DNA of 64,000 nt, from the NCBI GenBank assembly GCA_951406725.2, contig OX597832.1:66154001-66218000 (forward strand), in the 5' to 3' direction. This DNA comes from Octopus vulgaris (Eukaryota). Both the position numbers and the translations under genes were made by a program. The number at the start of each line of letters is the position of its first letter. The first letter of the stretch is position 1. Shown here in pieces: positions 40,970-54,335 of the stretch. The notes beneath the pieces were generated by a model that saw only the letters and a program-made list of their open reading frames with translations, had not been told where the DNA came from and ran no database searches.

Positions 40970-41370
40970 CAACCTATACTCATGCAGGGACCATTCAAAA
41001 TATCAGCTGGGTAACCAATGCAAGACTTGAAAAGTTTTGTACAAGTGCGCCACAATAACTAGAGGAGGTCCCTACGTATATACAGGTGCATTGGGTGATA
41101 TTTTCATAAATATATATAGAAACCACATAGCTACCTTTCAAAAAACCCTGAAACGGCATGCAACATCACTGGCTAATTTCGTCTGGCGACTCAAGGAAGA
41201 GGGGGGAAAATACGACCTGACCTAGTCAATAATTATACACGTAAATCTCTACAACACACAATCCCGGAAATGCCAGCCATGTTCCGAGGTATTGCTGTCA
41301 ATATTATCGACAAAATTGCAGGTTATAAATATATTTACGCAAGCATACAGCCAAACTGTTCAAACAATTT
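40970..41370 (+). mobile_element. Penelope-like element fragment (GIY-YIG endonuclease)
   Basis: SCRDHSKYQLGNQCKT*KVLYKCATITRGGPYVYTG..YRNHIATF..HATSLANFVWRLKE..YDLT*SII..RKCQPCSE, homologous to the other two PLE fragments. Confidence 0.85.
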
Positions 41371-41824
41371 AATGCAAACCACATCTAACCGATACAAACC
41401 ACAACCGTGACGACTCGGATTAACCTGACCCCGCCTCGAGTGAATACCTCATGGACTGAAACCATCGAGCCTATAGAAAAGAAGGACCGGATTAGAACGC
41501 TACGTGTATTTAAGTACGTTAGTATAGGACACTTGAAGAACCCAACTGTATGAAACTAGGACTCAGATTTTTCAAAACGCAATAGAGTGATTTACTACTT
41601 AGAAAAATGATTTGTGACTCAGACAGTTATACTTACATATTTGTCAATATGATAACTTGGGAACGCAACCACGTTTCACTAAATATGCAAACTTAAGGTA
41701 CTAGGCCATAACCTGTAAACACACATAACAGACGAATTATCTGAGGAGGTAAAATATGCCTTTCTATATCTTTAAAACGTGTGTGCAGATTTTGATGTCC
41801 ATATATAACCTTACAATGCATTTT

Positions 41825-41878
<54 letters not shown>

Positions 41879-41894
41879 CATGATGATGATGATG

Positions 41895-41928
<34 letters not shown>

Positions 41929-42922
41929 CAACAATAATAATAATAATAATGGTATTTACTAACAAATAGTGCTTGAATAACTAACGAGGCAACAGAGAGC
42001 CATAGCTATAATAAGGATGCAGGGATGTGTGTATATGTGTGTATGTGTGCGAGTGTAGATATACATATATATGTTCGTTTGTGTGTGTGGATAGAGTGGG
42101 GCTGCTGGAAGACCCTATGTCTGGCGATAGGACTCTGCATCATGCCACACAAGCAGGAGAATCCAGGCATGGCTGTCATATCGTTTCTGCGACCATATCC
42201 TTAACATCTAGCAATCTAATTTCCAGACTGCAAACTCCTTGATTAATATGAGTGGAGTGCAGTTGAGGGAGAGGCAAACAAGACTCCTTGAAAATCTGTT
42301 CCGTCTTACCATTCAACAAACGATGGTCTGTTCATGTGTAAAACTTGCCCCTTCGGTTACAAGAGACCGAGAAAAAAGTCCAAGTTTATACCATCCAATG
42401 GATGAATAGAAGATGTGGATAAATGTATGAGCGGAAAAAATAAATATACGACCTGCAACTCCAGTAACTTTGAAGAAATATTATTGAAACTTTAGATAAA
42501 TCTCATATATTTCGTTCCTCAGGTTCCTGAAATATGGAATAGCATTCATTATTCAAATATTCATCAATTATGAAAATTCTTATTTATTTGTTGTGAAACA
42601 TATTGAACATAGAATTAATGGCGACTCATAATTAAATGCAACGTCGAAATGGAACAACCATGCCGAAGATTAAAGAATTTTGGTGTCTAAATTTTGAGCT
42701 TATCATTTTTAACCAGTTCATTTAATTCTTTCACTTTTCATTTTTCCTTCATAGCTGACTGCAAATTAGCATTCCGAAATATCAATATTTGTCTTTGACT
42801 TATCTTCATATCTTGCAGCTAACAGATGTGATATACATATCTATCTGCTATATGCATGCAAGCATACACACACACTCATGTACACATACACATGCATCTG
42901 TACGCATGTATATATATGTGTA

Positions 42923-42974
<52 letters not shown>

Positions 42975-44239
42975 TGTGTGCGTAGATATGTATATATGTG
43001 TGTGTATGTATATATATATATATTTATATACATATATATATATACATATATGCTTGTGTTTAAGTCTCCGTAAATTATCAGCTCGACAGAAAGTCCAATA
43101 GAATAATCACCACAAAAATTAGCACTGGTCTGTATTTGTTCGACCAGAATCCTTAAAGTCGATGTCATATCTTGGCCGCAGTGTTACGAATGAAAGAAGA
43201 GAAATAAAAATCGAAATCACCACCCAGCAATATGCAGAGTCGTTTTTTGGTAAAACGAAGCTGTTTCTTGCCATATATTCTCAACAAGATCAATTCCCGA
43301 TTTGTAGTTGTATCCAGAACGAATGAGTCTCTCCGTTTCCTCTGCAACTGTTAGTCACAGAAGTGTTCTTTCTCTCAATTCCCACTCTACTTCTTTTATA
43401 TCCTTGGTTGCAGATATATGCTTTTAACGAATCGTGGGGTAAAGCAATGTACTGACAGGTGAAACTTCCGTCTACCAAAATGTGAGGCTACTGACGTTCT
43501 TCGTCTCAACGAGACACGTTACTCTCTATAAGAGTTCGACGAGTCCACCTTTAAATTACACAGGTGTGTTAATGACTATCACCACAATATTTTCTAAATC
43601 AATGAAAGGACACGTTTAGATATTGTGGTGCTAGCTGCTAAGTGACTTGGAATTATCCTGGACGGTTGCGACTGTAAAGTGTCTGATCACTGGTTGGCTA
43701 AATCATGAATTAGCAGGGATTAGATAGTGATGTTATAAGATATAACTTGTCGCCATTCTGTCCAATGACATGAAAATCGTATATTTGATGATGATGTTGG
43801 ACCAAACATTTGACAAGTTAATTTTTTTCGGTGTTAGACAACCACGAATAATATATCGAATCGTGTCACTGACTTTTGGTTATAACATTAATATATTTAA
43901 AAACTTTATGGTATTATTAAGAATCTGGTGCTGTCTGTTCGCATAAATCAAACTGGAAACAAACAGAAAGAGATGCACAATTCCTGCCGTCTCATGTATT
44001 AGTAATTTTTTGAACAGTGACCTCAGGTATTCGAACTTGTTAGTATTTGATATTTATTTCCAGATAAGCAATTTATGCATGTTATAATCCTAATTTATGC
44101 ATGTTATATTCATTGTTTTTTCCTGCTACTGACAACAACACGGTTAAATCACTGTTAAATGACTGTGAAGAAAAGTATGAGGTAAAGACCTGCGTCCCAA
44201 TACCTATCTTGAACGATGCAGCTTTATGGTGTTAGGTAG

Positions 44240-44768
44240 AAGGCCGGCAGTTTTGAGATGAAGAAACACGTCTATCGCATCGCGCGCAGTAATGATCTGC
44301 CGTTTAATTTTATCGACCCGGAAAGAGATGAAAAGCAAAGTTGACCTTAGTGGCTTTTGAACTCATAAACACCCGGAAAGAAATGCTACTGAGCATTTTG
44401 TTCGGCTTACTAATATTTCTGCTAGGTTGAATTGAATTTCCAATGGGGTCGACTTTCCCGTTAACCCTTTCAGAGTCGATAAAATAAGTACCAGTTATAC
44501 ACTGGGGTCGATTTAGGCGACTCACACCCTTCACCGAACTTTCTGGCCCAATATACTCGTTTGTAATATAGGCGGAGCGCCTTGAATGTTGTAGGGTGTT
44601 GCTAGTCGGCTACATTTATCCCAGCGCTAAACCCGTACCTAGTTTATCTAACCTGAAGGGATGAAAGACAAGGTTTACCTCGGTAACGATTGAAGGCAGG
44701 CTTACCTCTGAAGAAAAGCTGATAAGCATTTAGTCCAGCCTGCTCACAACTCTGCCAGGTTGCCGCCT
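44240..44768. mobile_element. Three adjacent SINE family A copies in -/+/- orientation
   Basis: TTATCGACCC.GAAAG..ATGAAA.GCAAAGT at 44310; inverted GGTCGACTTT..CCTTTCAGAGTCGATAAAATAAGTACCAGTT at 44447; third copy at 44570-44768 ending TCTGCCAGGTTGCCGCCT. Confidence 0.75.
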
Positions 44769-45500
44769 CTGTATTTCAAGAAGGATACATAAAGCAATCA
44801 GCGATTTCCTTCCATACTCTTTCAGAATGTTTGGAAGTTCTGTATTAGAATATAACTGGATATTTGTAATCCGATATCTGACTCAAATTTGCATTGAATG
44901 CCTTTTATTCATACAGGGACGTTAATTGGGATATATTTGTTCAGTTTTAGGCTTTGATTTTATTTGGCGCAGCAGTGATACGTTGAGTACTAGTTAGTGA
45001 CTAGGTTAAGATAATATCATTTCTTCTTATATAATATAGGTTTCGTTGCACATATTTTTGTTCGTTCTCCATCGTTGAGCTATATAAACAGCAAAACGTC
45101 AAAGAAAACAATCCCCATCTTATTTAATTCCATCATGTTATGCTCTAATTTAGAATCTCCGTGGACCGCATAAGATTTCCATCACAGCAGGATCAATATC
45201 ATAAGTATTAGTTAAATGCTGGATTGATTTAATTGACTGCACGATATTCACTGTATTTCAGATTCACGCCGATATCCGAAATTTATTATTCTCGTTCGAG
45301 ATGTAATAATTAAAGTTATTGCTATAAAAGCAGCAATTATATATTTCGTTTTATTTATATATTGAGATAGCAAAATTAATTATATGGAGTCAAGCAGGAC
45401 TGAGACCGTTGCTTTCTATGGAAAGCATTCTGATTTAATAGCATATTAATATGCAGAATGTCCCTATTACATATATACACACACTCATACAGAAATATTT

Positions 45501-45548
<48 letters not shown>

Positions 45549-46559
45549 GTGTGTGTGTATACAAATATATTTGCATATATTAATATATGCATGTATAGAT
45601 ATTTAGATATTTATTATTTGCGCATGCATGGAATGCAATATTGGAGTCTCAGAGTTTATAACAGCTGTGTTTTATTGCAGCCAATCAGAGTGTCACTAAA
45701 CGGTCATTCAATGCTTGAAATGGCGGCTATCTATCGTCGCTGGAACACACTCTTCCGTTCTTAAACATAACAGCGCATTACATTATGTAACACTTGTGTA
45801 TATTAAGTTTGGACGAAATTCGAAATGGTCACGGGAGGAATACATTTTAACTTAAAATTGTTCAGTCCGGCCTTTCTGATGTGGGATTTGCCATAAAGCA
45901 AAGCATAAATATAATTTCATTAAACTTTCTTTAGACAACAGTCTTAAGCTTAAAGACTTTCCAGTCGTGACTTTTCCAACTATGTGTATCATTCTGTGTT
46001 TTTTTTTATGCTTCCTCTATATTTAAAGTGATCTGTTTTGTGAAACGAGACTATTCGGCTGTTATTAACACAAAACCTGGAAACTACATACAGTGTCCCT
46101 TCTTTATTTAGACTTTCAATATTTTTTTACCCCTGGTAATTCTTAATCGAGCACATCTAGGTTCAGCAGTAAACAATTCTTAGACATCTATCATACTGGT
46201 CCTTGTAAAAAGCTGTTAGACCTATATTATTTAAGGTGTATCTTTTTGTAAGGTGGAGTAAATTTTGATGGTAATAAATTTTGTCTACCATCACGCTGAA
46301 AATCCCGCAAGGTATCACTTCAGGCTTTCTTTATCACACTACTCCAACGACCTGAGGTGTTACATTATTGTAGCAAAGCCGAATGTATAACATATTGTTT
46401 TTTTACCGCAGCGAGTTTCAAAATCAGCGCACAAAGACCAGTACAAAACTCCAGTTTAATTCATACGAGGGAGTATATTCACACTTAAGAAATATTTGAA
46501 ACAATGTTTAGCATAGATATCCATTAACACATCTCTGCATCCTATTTCAGGCAGGTGCG

Positions 46560-46900
46560 TGGGTGTAGAGTCCCCAGGCAAAGACTCCCATAGCATCCTA
46601 GCAGTAACAGCTATCATTAGACTATTAGCTGGATTCTCAAGTGTCACTGACTCACACTATGGATATTATACATAGGCGTTCTTGTTCTACCCCCAGGTTT
46701 CTTGTCAGATGTCGCGGCTTCAAGTATTCGTCTTGAGGTTCTTTCCTGCGACATTCTAATCACATGTCCGTGTTAACGGACAAGTGGCATAACAGAAAAT
46801 TTTCGGCTTCGCGACAGAGAAACTCCTTCATCTCCGATCTACGCAGCATTTTGAGTAATGTTATTCCGCATATCCAAGCATATGTGCTGGATCACAAATT
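46560..46900 (-). mobile_element. RTE-clade LINE 3' fragment
   Basis: Minus frame gives GHVIRMSQERTSRRILEAATSDKKPGGRTRT, matching the RTE C-terminal pattern GH..RM......K.....G.R.RGRP. Confidence 0.7.
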
Positions 46901-47390
46901 CTGGTCGATATAATCGATGAACCATCGAGTATATTGGCTCATCGTGTGATGGTCAAGTCTATAAAAATAAATATATATATATATATATATATATAAATAT
47001 ATATGATATTTATATGTATAACTCCTCTTACATAAATGTATGCATGTATATATATGGGAGATATTGGTATCCACAAGACAACAAGGTGGCAGTGAATGCT
47101 ATGCAAGTGGTACGAGAGGAACATAATTAGACACTCGATTCGATAATAGGAGTGAAGAGTAAAAAGATATGAAATGCTTCACAAATGTGAATGTCAGGAC
47201 ATTTATAAAGGAAAATGTAGTCTAAAATATGAACGATTCCCAAATTCGAGAATCGTTTCATGTTTTTAAACTACCTTTCCCTTTATAAATGTCCTATAAA
47301 TTCCACTCAGCCTTCGCTTTGTTGTTTCATTTTATTTAACACACGTCTTTATATATATATATAACACAGATCTTTATATATATATATAAG

Positions 47391-47475
<85 letters not shown>

Positions 47476-49476
47476 ATACAGTTTAGTAAAAAAAAGGGAC
47501 AAAAACACGACCATAGACCCTAAATCTTCATTATTCACAAAATTCGTGGCAGGTTATCATTAACCCTGTGTGACTTGGCACCGGACCAAAATACTTGCAG
47601 CACAGTTTTTGTTGGTCTAAAGCACCCAATGCCCACCTGGTTATATCGAACCAGGTGGTATTTGAGACGTAGTGAGAGAATAAACTAATGCATGATTGTA
47701 AGTATTCTTGGTTTCTATGGTTTTGATCTGAAATATATAGAATTAGATTTCGACTACCATGTACTAAGCAGTTTTCTCAAAGTGTTTTAGGTTTATTTTA
47801 TGGATAATGTTTCATAAGTTTACGGGATCTTAATTTCACCCAAGTCAGTTAGCCGCCTCCTGTGCCATGTAGGATTTGGGCTCCTTTCGGCAGATGAAAT
47901 AATACCAGTGGGCTTTGCATGGCGTCTGTCAGAAAATTACTCGTGACGAGGATCTCTCGCTGGCTCTAGAAATTTTAACAATATTTTGCAACTCTTTGGT
48001 TCGAATCTACTATGGGCTTTATGGCATGCACCTCCCCCAAATGTTAATCTCTACCATCTAACAAAGTATATCAAAGAACTAAAAGAAAACAAACAATAAA
48101 ATAGTGAAAATCAGTTTTTAATTGCGGGAGAACTCACTGATAAACATAATTCTCTTTTATTTACAAAATTATTTCCGGTATATATAGACGAATAAAAGAA
48201 AAGCTCACTTAAAATATTGGTATTTCTATTTGTATTGTTTAACTTCCATTTTGTAATATCTCTCGATACACTTTCTTTCTAGCTTTTCATACGTTACATT
48301 AATCATTGTTTTCGGTTTATATTCGTGTAGCATTGTAAATTCTTTTTCGTTTTGCTATATATTTCATCTTATAACTCTACCAATCACGTCGAACATAACC
48401 TCTTGTGACCTTGTCTATGGAAAAGGATTTTCCAAAGGATTCTATAGAAATATATACTGTGGATTTGGTTTTATGTTGCTTTATGCAGTTTTGTATTTTC
48501 TTATTTCCTATACTGCAACAATGATATCATCAATATTTTCGTTCTGTTTTACACGAAAGCTCTTCAGTGTATGAATTGTTGATCGTTCTACACATGACTT
48601 CATTCCCCATGTTCAATATTTCCTTTCTTCAAAGGAATTATTTCTGTTTAAGTAGATGTATCAACTATCCTGCAGAATTATTTCGTGATAATGTGTTAGT
48701 TACAAGGATTGAGTCGATGAAACAAAACGAAATATTTCAAATATTAATCTCGCTACATTAGATACCAACGCATGCATGATTATTACCCTACCAAAAGCCA
48801 AACCACTGTAATGAAGGATTCCGGAGTGCGTTGAATGCTAGAAGGATAAGGAGAAATGGAGAAATGTAAAGAAGGCTAAAGTAATGTTGGTATATATCTT
48901 ATAGGAATTGTCAGGAAAAAGATTAATATATTGCGTGAAAAGCCAAGTATATAGAAAGTAACTGAAATGGAAATATAAACTCCTGTAGGCCTGTATTAAA
49001 ATATAAATGCACCGCTGTAAAGGAAACTAAACTATCTTTCTTTTACATATTGTACTATACGAAAGCTTCGAAGTATAGGATTTGGTATAGAAACTCATCG
49101 ATAGCATTATGTCGTTTTTTTTTTTTGCTAGAAAATCTACTTTCATTTTTATATATTGTTCTACCATTTAAGTGATTGCAACGAAAACTACTTGTGGGGG
49201 TAATGGTGAATGACAAATTAGGGGTCAAACTTTATAAAAGCCGGGCAAAATTAAAAGTCTTCAAAGTAAATGTAAACAAATCACTATTTAATGAGGGTGA
49301 CTTCGATTTGTAGTGAGGATGACTATCGATGTGTAAATGGTCAATGTATTATCATTGCACATCAGGCGGCATAAATGGTAATCAGACTTTTCTTATTCTC
49401 ATAAATCTTGTATAAGATGTGTAGTGTAAGTAGTTACAAGCCTAGATAAAACTGAGTTGTTATTGTTTATTTTGAA

Positions 49477-49650
49477 GACGCTGATCTGGCAGAATCTTCC
49501 CGCATTTTACATTCTGTTTCAAAGTACAGCCGAAACCAAATTTTACCTTTACCTCTCACTCGTCAATAAAATAATGTACCTGGCAAGTCCTGATGTCGGC
49601 TGCATCTACTAATGCTCTCTCTTGAAAGCTGCTGACCCTGAGCCCAAGAT
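49477..49650 (+). mobile_element. SINE family A, highly diverged
   Basis: CTGGCAGAATC..TTTACCTTT..GTCAATAAAATAA.GTACC..GCTGACCCTGAGCCCAA. Confidence 0.5.
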
Positions 49651-50184
49651 CAGAGACCATCATTACTTTTGAATCTATTTCGAGAAGCCGGACGCGTGAG
49701 AGAAGGATTCTCACCAGGAGAGTCGCACTACTAAACAAGTTGACTATGATTTTTCGTTCGGCGTACCATTCTGAAAATCCTGCTGTCTTCAGGTTGCTCT
49801 TCGCTGTTTTTATATTGTAAACAATCCAGTGTTGAGTTTCAATAATCTCTGCATATTTATTCATATGAATAATTGTAAATGTAAGATTCAAATTTTTCTT
49901 GGCCCAACATTACCTTTTCATTGTTCTGTATTTGACAAAATAACCCTTGTAGCGTATACTCTCTATAAACGTCTCAAATTGTTCAACAAAATAGACGCCA
50001 TTAGTGAAAAAAACCCCAAAAATCATAATGGATAATTCAGTAGTAAAGATACATGAATGTCACACTTAGAACCCAGTACACCGTAGATCTTCCTGATGAA
50101 GTCTGATGTGGTCCGGTTAAAATCCCGGCATATTCATAACTATTGCTTCGTTAATTGATTTGTTTCTCAATATTTCTTGCCTGC

Positions 50185-50403
50185 AAGGCGGCGAGATGGC
50201 AGAAACGTTAGCACGCCGGGCGAAATGCTTAGAAGTATTTCATCTGTCTTTACGGTCTGAGTTCAAATTCTGTCAAGGTCGACTTTGCCTTTCGTTCTTT
50301 TGGGGTTAATAAATTAAGTAACAGTTGAGTACTGGGGCCGATCTAATTGACTGGCCCCCTACCCGCAAAATTTCGGGCCTTGTGCCTTGAGGAGAGAAGA
50401 ATA
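50185..50403 (+). mobile_element. SINE family A, best-preserved copy
   Basis: AAGGCGGCGAGATGGCAGAAACGTTAGCACGCCGGGCGAAATGCTTAG..GAGTTCAAATTC (B box)..GGTCGACTTTGCCTTTC..CAAAATTTCGGGCCTTGTGCC. Confidence 0.9.
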
Positions 50404-50468
50404 CTTCTTGCCTGCTCCACTATAAAATGGACATTTGTTAAAGAATGTACACACATGCTTACATGATG

Positions 50469-50576
<108 letters not shown>

Positions 50577-50588
50577 TATACATACATA

Positions 50589-50712
50589 ATCTTCTGTCGA
50601 GGCGTGTGGGCTCGAAACGTCAACGACTTTTCATTCTTCTCGTGCGTCAAGCTAATAGATTTCTTTGTTGCTCCCTCATCTGTCTATGTCTAGTTTTCTG
50701 TAAATTTAAACT
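50589..50712 (+). mobile_element. Short repeat with degenerate hammerhead-like motif (family of 30350-30553)
   Basis: CUU-CUGUCGA-GGCGUGUGGGCUC-GAAA-CG-UC-AACGAC, followed by the family flank CGTCAA.CTAATA; adjacent to TA/TG microsatellite. Confidence 0.55.
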
Positions 50713-51514
50713 ATATATTCATGTACCTATATTACTACATATTCTTCTGAACATTAAAATACTCAACAAATCCTCCATATTAATGTCACTGAGATATGAT
50801 TAAGTGGGAACAAACACTATCCAAAAATAAACAAATGGGAAAAATATAAATAAACCCAACCTCCCACCTAACTAATATTTACCTTTTACTTACTTTCTTT
50901 CGTGAATCTTTAAATAAGAATCCCCTAAAACATCAGAAACCATGTAATACACCTGAATGAAAATAGGCCAAGACAGCAGGCAATAAATTATGATGTAAGT
51001 TTCACAGTCTCAAAACAAAAGATAAAAACGTCATTAACATCTAAATAAAACCAACAACAAGCAAACGAAGTGCCAGATCCACTGCCCAACAGCCTAACGA
51101 TATTCTTTTATGAATACTTATGACCCGAAGATGAAGTTCCGAAAAATACACGCAAAATAACAAAACCCTACAAACATTAATATAATCTATCACGTAGCGC
51201 TTTAATAAATACCATCTGGCCATCACACAGTATATTTACATAGGTTACCAAGAGAATTTTAAACTTAACTGAGACATTATAAAGCCAAGATGAACTTAAA
51301 TGAATTGCAGTCCCACTGTTGTTTAGCTGACCGAATCCTGGAACTCAATATTCTTGTATTCTCGTTAAAAAATAATAACGTTGTACTCGAACAGATGGAT
51401 TTAGATAAACTATTTGTATTATAACATAAAACAAACGTTGATATCATGTATATATATAACAATTCTGAGTGATAGTGTTTATGTAAGTGTGAACAGAATG
51501 TATTCGTGTGTTTA

Positions 51515-51636
<122 letters not shown>

Positions 51637-51748
51637 GTGTGTGTGCGTATGTATACACACACACACGCACACACGCACACACACACGCACACACACACGC
51701 ACACACACGCACACACACACACACTCACACACACACACACGCACACAC

Positions 51749-51789
<41 letters not shown>

Positions 51790-51791
<2 letters not shown>

Positions 51792-52160
51792 AAGATAAAG
51801 AAAACCAGTTTTAAATCTCTGAGCGAGAAAGGTGTAGTAACAATACCGTACGTTAAAGTCTATTTGCCAACACAATGTGGCAGTCCTACACAAGACAATG
51901 TTACCACTTTTTAGCCCCAGGAAAACATCTTTTTCAGCTGGCTACCGACACATGATCTGTGTCCGTATACTGTCACCAAGGGGATTTATAACTCCTTTTC
52001 TACCCTTACCTGTAGAGACCAATCGTTTCTGGGTTTTTCACTTCCTAGCTACAGGACAATCGCCGGCTAGAAATGGCAGCCACTCGACGTTGCTCACATT
52101 ATATAATTTTAAAACGACCCACAGTTACTGATCTCGTAAAAAGAAAAACTAGTTTTAAAT
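51790..52160 (-). mobile_element. Repeat of about 370 bp with terminal direct repeats, between (TA)n, carrying a degenerate hammerhead
   Basis: AAAGAAAACCAGTTTTAAAT at about 51797 and AAAGAAAAACTAGTTTTAAAT at about 52140. Minus strand 52009-52055 reads CCUGUAG-CUAGGA-AGUGAAAAACCCA-GAAAC GAUUG GUC-U-CUACAGG. Confidence 0.5.
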
Positions 52161-52199
52161 ATATATATATTGAATGGGAGAGCAGTATACGCCATCAAA

Positions 52200-52602
52200 T
52201 AGACACAGAGGTAAAATATAGGTAGTCCAGTGCACCCATCATGACTACGCGTCTGGTAAGGTACATCAGGCACATGCTTTACAACCATATGTGCGGAACA
52301 TGGTGATCTCATTTCAAGACTAATTGTGCATAGCTTGCAGATGGGGACCAATTAGAATTTTCTTCGGGTCGAGTAGCCCATCCGAACTCAAAAGTTTCCT
52401 AAATAAGGATTGTTTAAGGGTGTTGAACGAAACATCCATGTTTCCAGGGGCGAATTATCAAAACCCCAAAGAATGTTTCTCAACACATGCAACTGATGCT
52501 CCTGCACTCCTTCTGCTAGTGATTAGAGATGAACATATCGTCAGCCACTAAGGGACATGATTTAGTTGGTTAAGGTCAAACAACTGACAAGCAAATCTGT
52601 GT
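52200..52602. repeat. Interspersed repeat, unclassified (second copy at 56740-57265)
   Basis: Colinear similarity: GTAAAATAT..CATCATGACTAC..GGTACA.CAGGCA.ATGC..GGTGATCTCAT.TCAAGA..GGTCGAGTAGC.CATCC..CAAAGAAT..GTGAT.AGAGATG.ACATATC..CCACTAAG.GACATG..CAAATCTGTG. Confidence 0.85.
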
Positions 52603-53229
52603 GTACGTACGTATGTATGTATTTATGTATGTATTATTTATTATGTATGCAAGCTGACATATGTATAATTTAACTGTGGTAATATTTTAGTTTTAAAAAG
52701 CTGAGAAATTCCCCAATGTTGAGTATCACTTGATCCGATCACCTGTAGTTTTGTTTAAGAAATCTGGATCAGGTATGGCATTTTTTTTCTTTTTGTAAAT
52801 CTGTAGAAATAGCAAGAAAAAATAAACAGCTATAAATTCTTTAATTTTTATTTACGACCCTTTAGAAATGCTGTCTTGTACTATTTGACATTTATGTTTA
52901 TCTCATAACAAAGTCAATTTCCAATAATTTAAATAAAATAGGTATAAAAAAACAACTACAAAAATACATTTTCTATTACTTGTAGCTATTTTTGTTGAAA
53001 TTAGTTTCTATAAATAACAGGAAACGTTGACCAAAATATCAAATTTTCTTTGTACAGCTATATTATGTTATTTTAGTTCAGTTCTGTGTATTTTTATTAA
53101 AAAATATACATTTAGCAAATTTTTCATATGAATTAATTTTATGAAATAACATTCCATTAATTAAATTGTTATTACTTGTTAACCCCAGAAACGTCAAATA
53201 GAATATTGCTTGTAGAAAGAAAATGCACA

Positions 53230-53460
53230 TGAAAATCACCATCATCGTCGTTATCATCATCATCATCATCATTACCAACATCATCACCGTCACTGTCATC
53301 ATCATCACCACTACTACCACCAGCAACATCATCATTATCATCACTGTCATCATCATCATCATCATCATCACCATGCTTATCATCTGTAGCAGTACGGGCA
53401 GCATTAACAACATCATCACCGTCCCCATCAACACCGTCATTTTTATTACCATCACCATCC
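53230..53460. repeat. Degenerate (CAT/CAC)n low-complexity tract
   Basis: Direct observation; explains the poly-M/poly-I ORFs. Confidence 0.9.
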
Positions 53461-53679
53461 TAATTCATGCAGTTTTCTGTGGACAGTTGTCGATTAGTCA
53501 AATCTACAAGTTTGTCGAACGAAATGCCACCTGGTATTAAATTGTTACCTTAAGCTTTTACTCTGATTTCTGCTTTTGTGATTCCGAGGTCCATGAAATA
53601 GGAACGAGTTAAACATGGTGTCTACCTCAGCAAAGTTATTATTATTAAAACTATGACGGAGACGGCCTAACCGTAGATT

Positions 53680-54335
53680 GTTGCACAATATGACTAGTAA
53701 TGTTTCTGATGGCCCTTAGCGTTGTGTATTCAAATCCCGCCGAGCTGCGCATTGCCTTTTTATCCTTTTGGAGATTATAAAATACAGTACAAGTCAAATT
53801 CTAATTACCTCCCACAAAATTGCTAGCCTTGTTCAAAAATTTGACTCAGTTCTTTTTCGTTTCATTTTCTCTAACAAGATGTGAATGGCCTGAAATTTTA
53901 AAGTCAGTCAAAAAAATAGTTTCTGGTATTTTCTACGGGTTCTTATCTTCTCAGTTTGAATTCTGTTGCTGTCAGATTAGCTTTCCGTTCTTTCGGCGTC
54001 TCTGTTTAGCATGTCAGTATCTCACTCAAGGATGTATTGTAATGAATGTTGTGTAATTCAATGATTGGAAATGCTCAAAATGTAGCAGAAAATAAAGTAC
54101 CACATAATGTGATAAATTAATCGATTGTACCTCAATTTAACCATTATTAATGCGGCAAAGAACATGTTTTGTCACAATTGTTTGCACTCCGTATGACCTG
54201 AGTTCGAATTCCACACAGGTGAAGTCACCCTTTCGTCTTTTTTAAGGCTTGATAAAATAAACTACAATTCAAGGTATTGAGGAGTGAGGATATAAACTTA
54301 ATATTCCTCAAAACTGCTGTCCTTGTACCTAAATA
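53680..54335 (+). mobile_element. Several highly diverged SINE family A remnants
   Basis: TTCAAATCCCGCCGAG..TTGCCTTT..ATCCTTTTGGAG..ATAAAAT at 53728; CTGAGTTCGAATTCC..CCTTTCGTCTTT..GATAAAATAA at 54198. Confidence 0.5.

Noticed and set aside
43290-43478. ORF with YICNQGYK..C.GNG..W, reminiscent of a Sushi/CCP domain
   Set aside because: Cys/Trp spacing is poor and there are no convincing splice sites.
50090-50135. CUGAUGA followed by a weak stem
   Set aside because: GAAA is absent (AAAA), stem II is half G-U pairs and there is no stem I.
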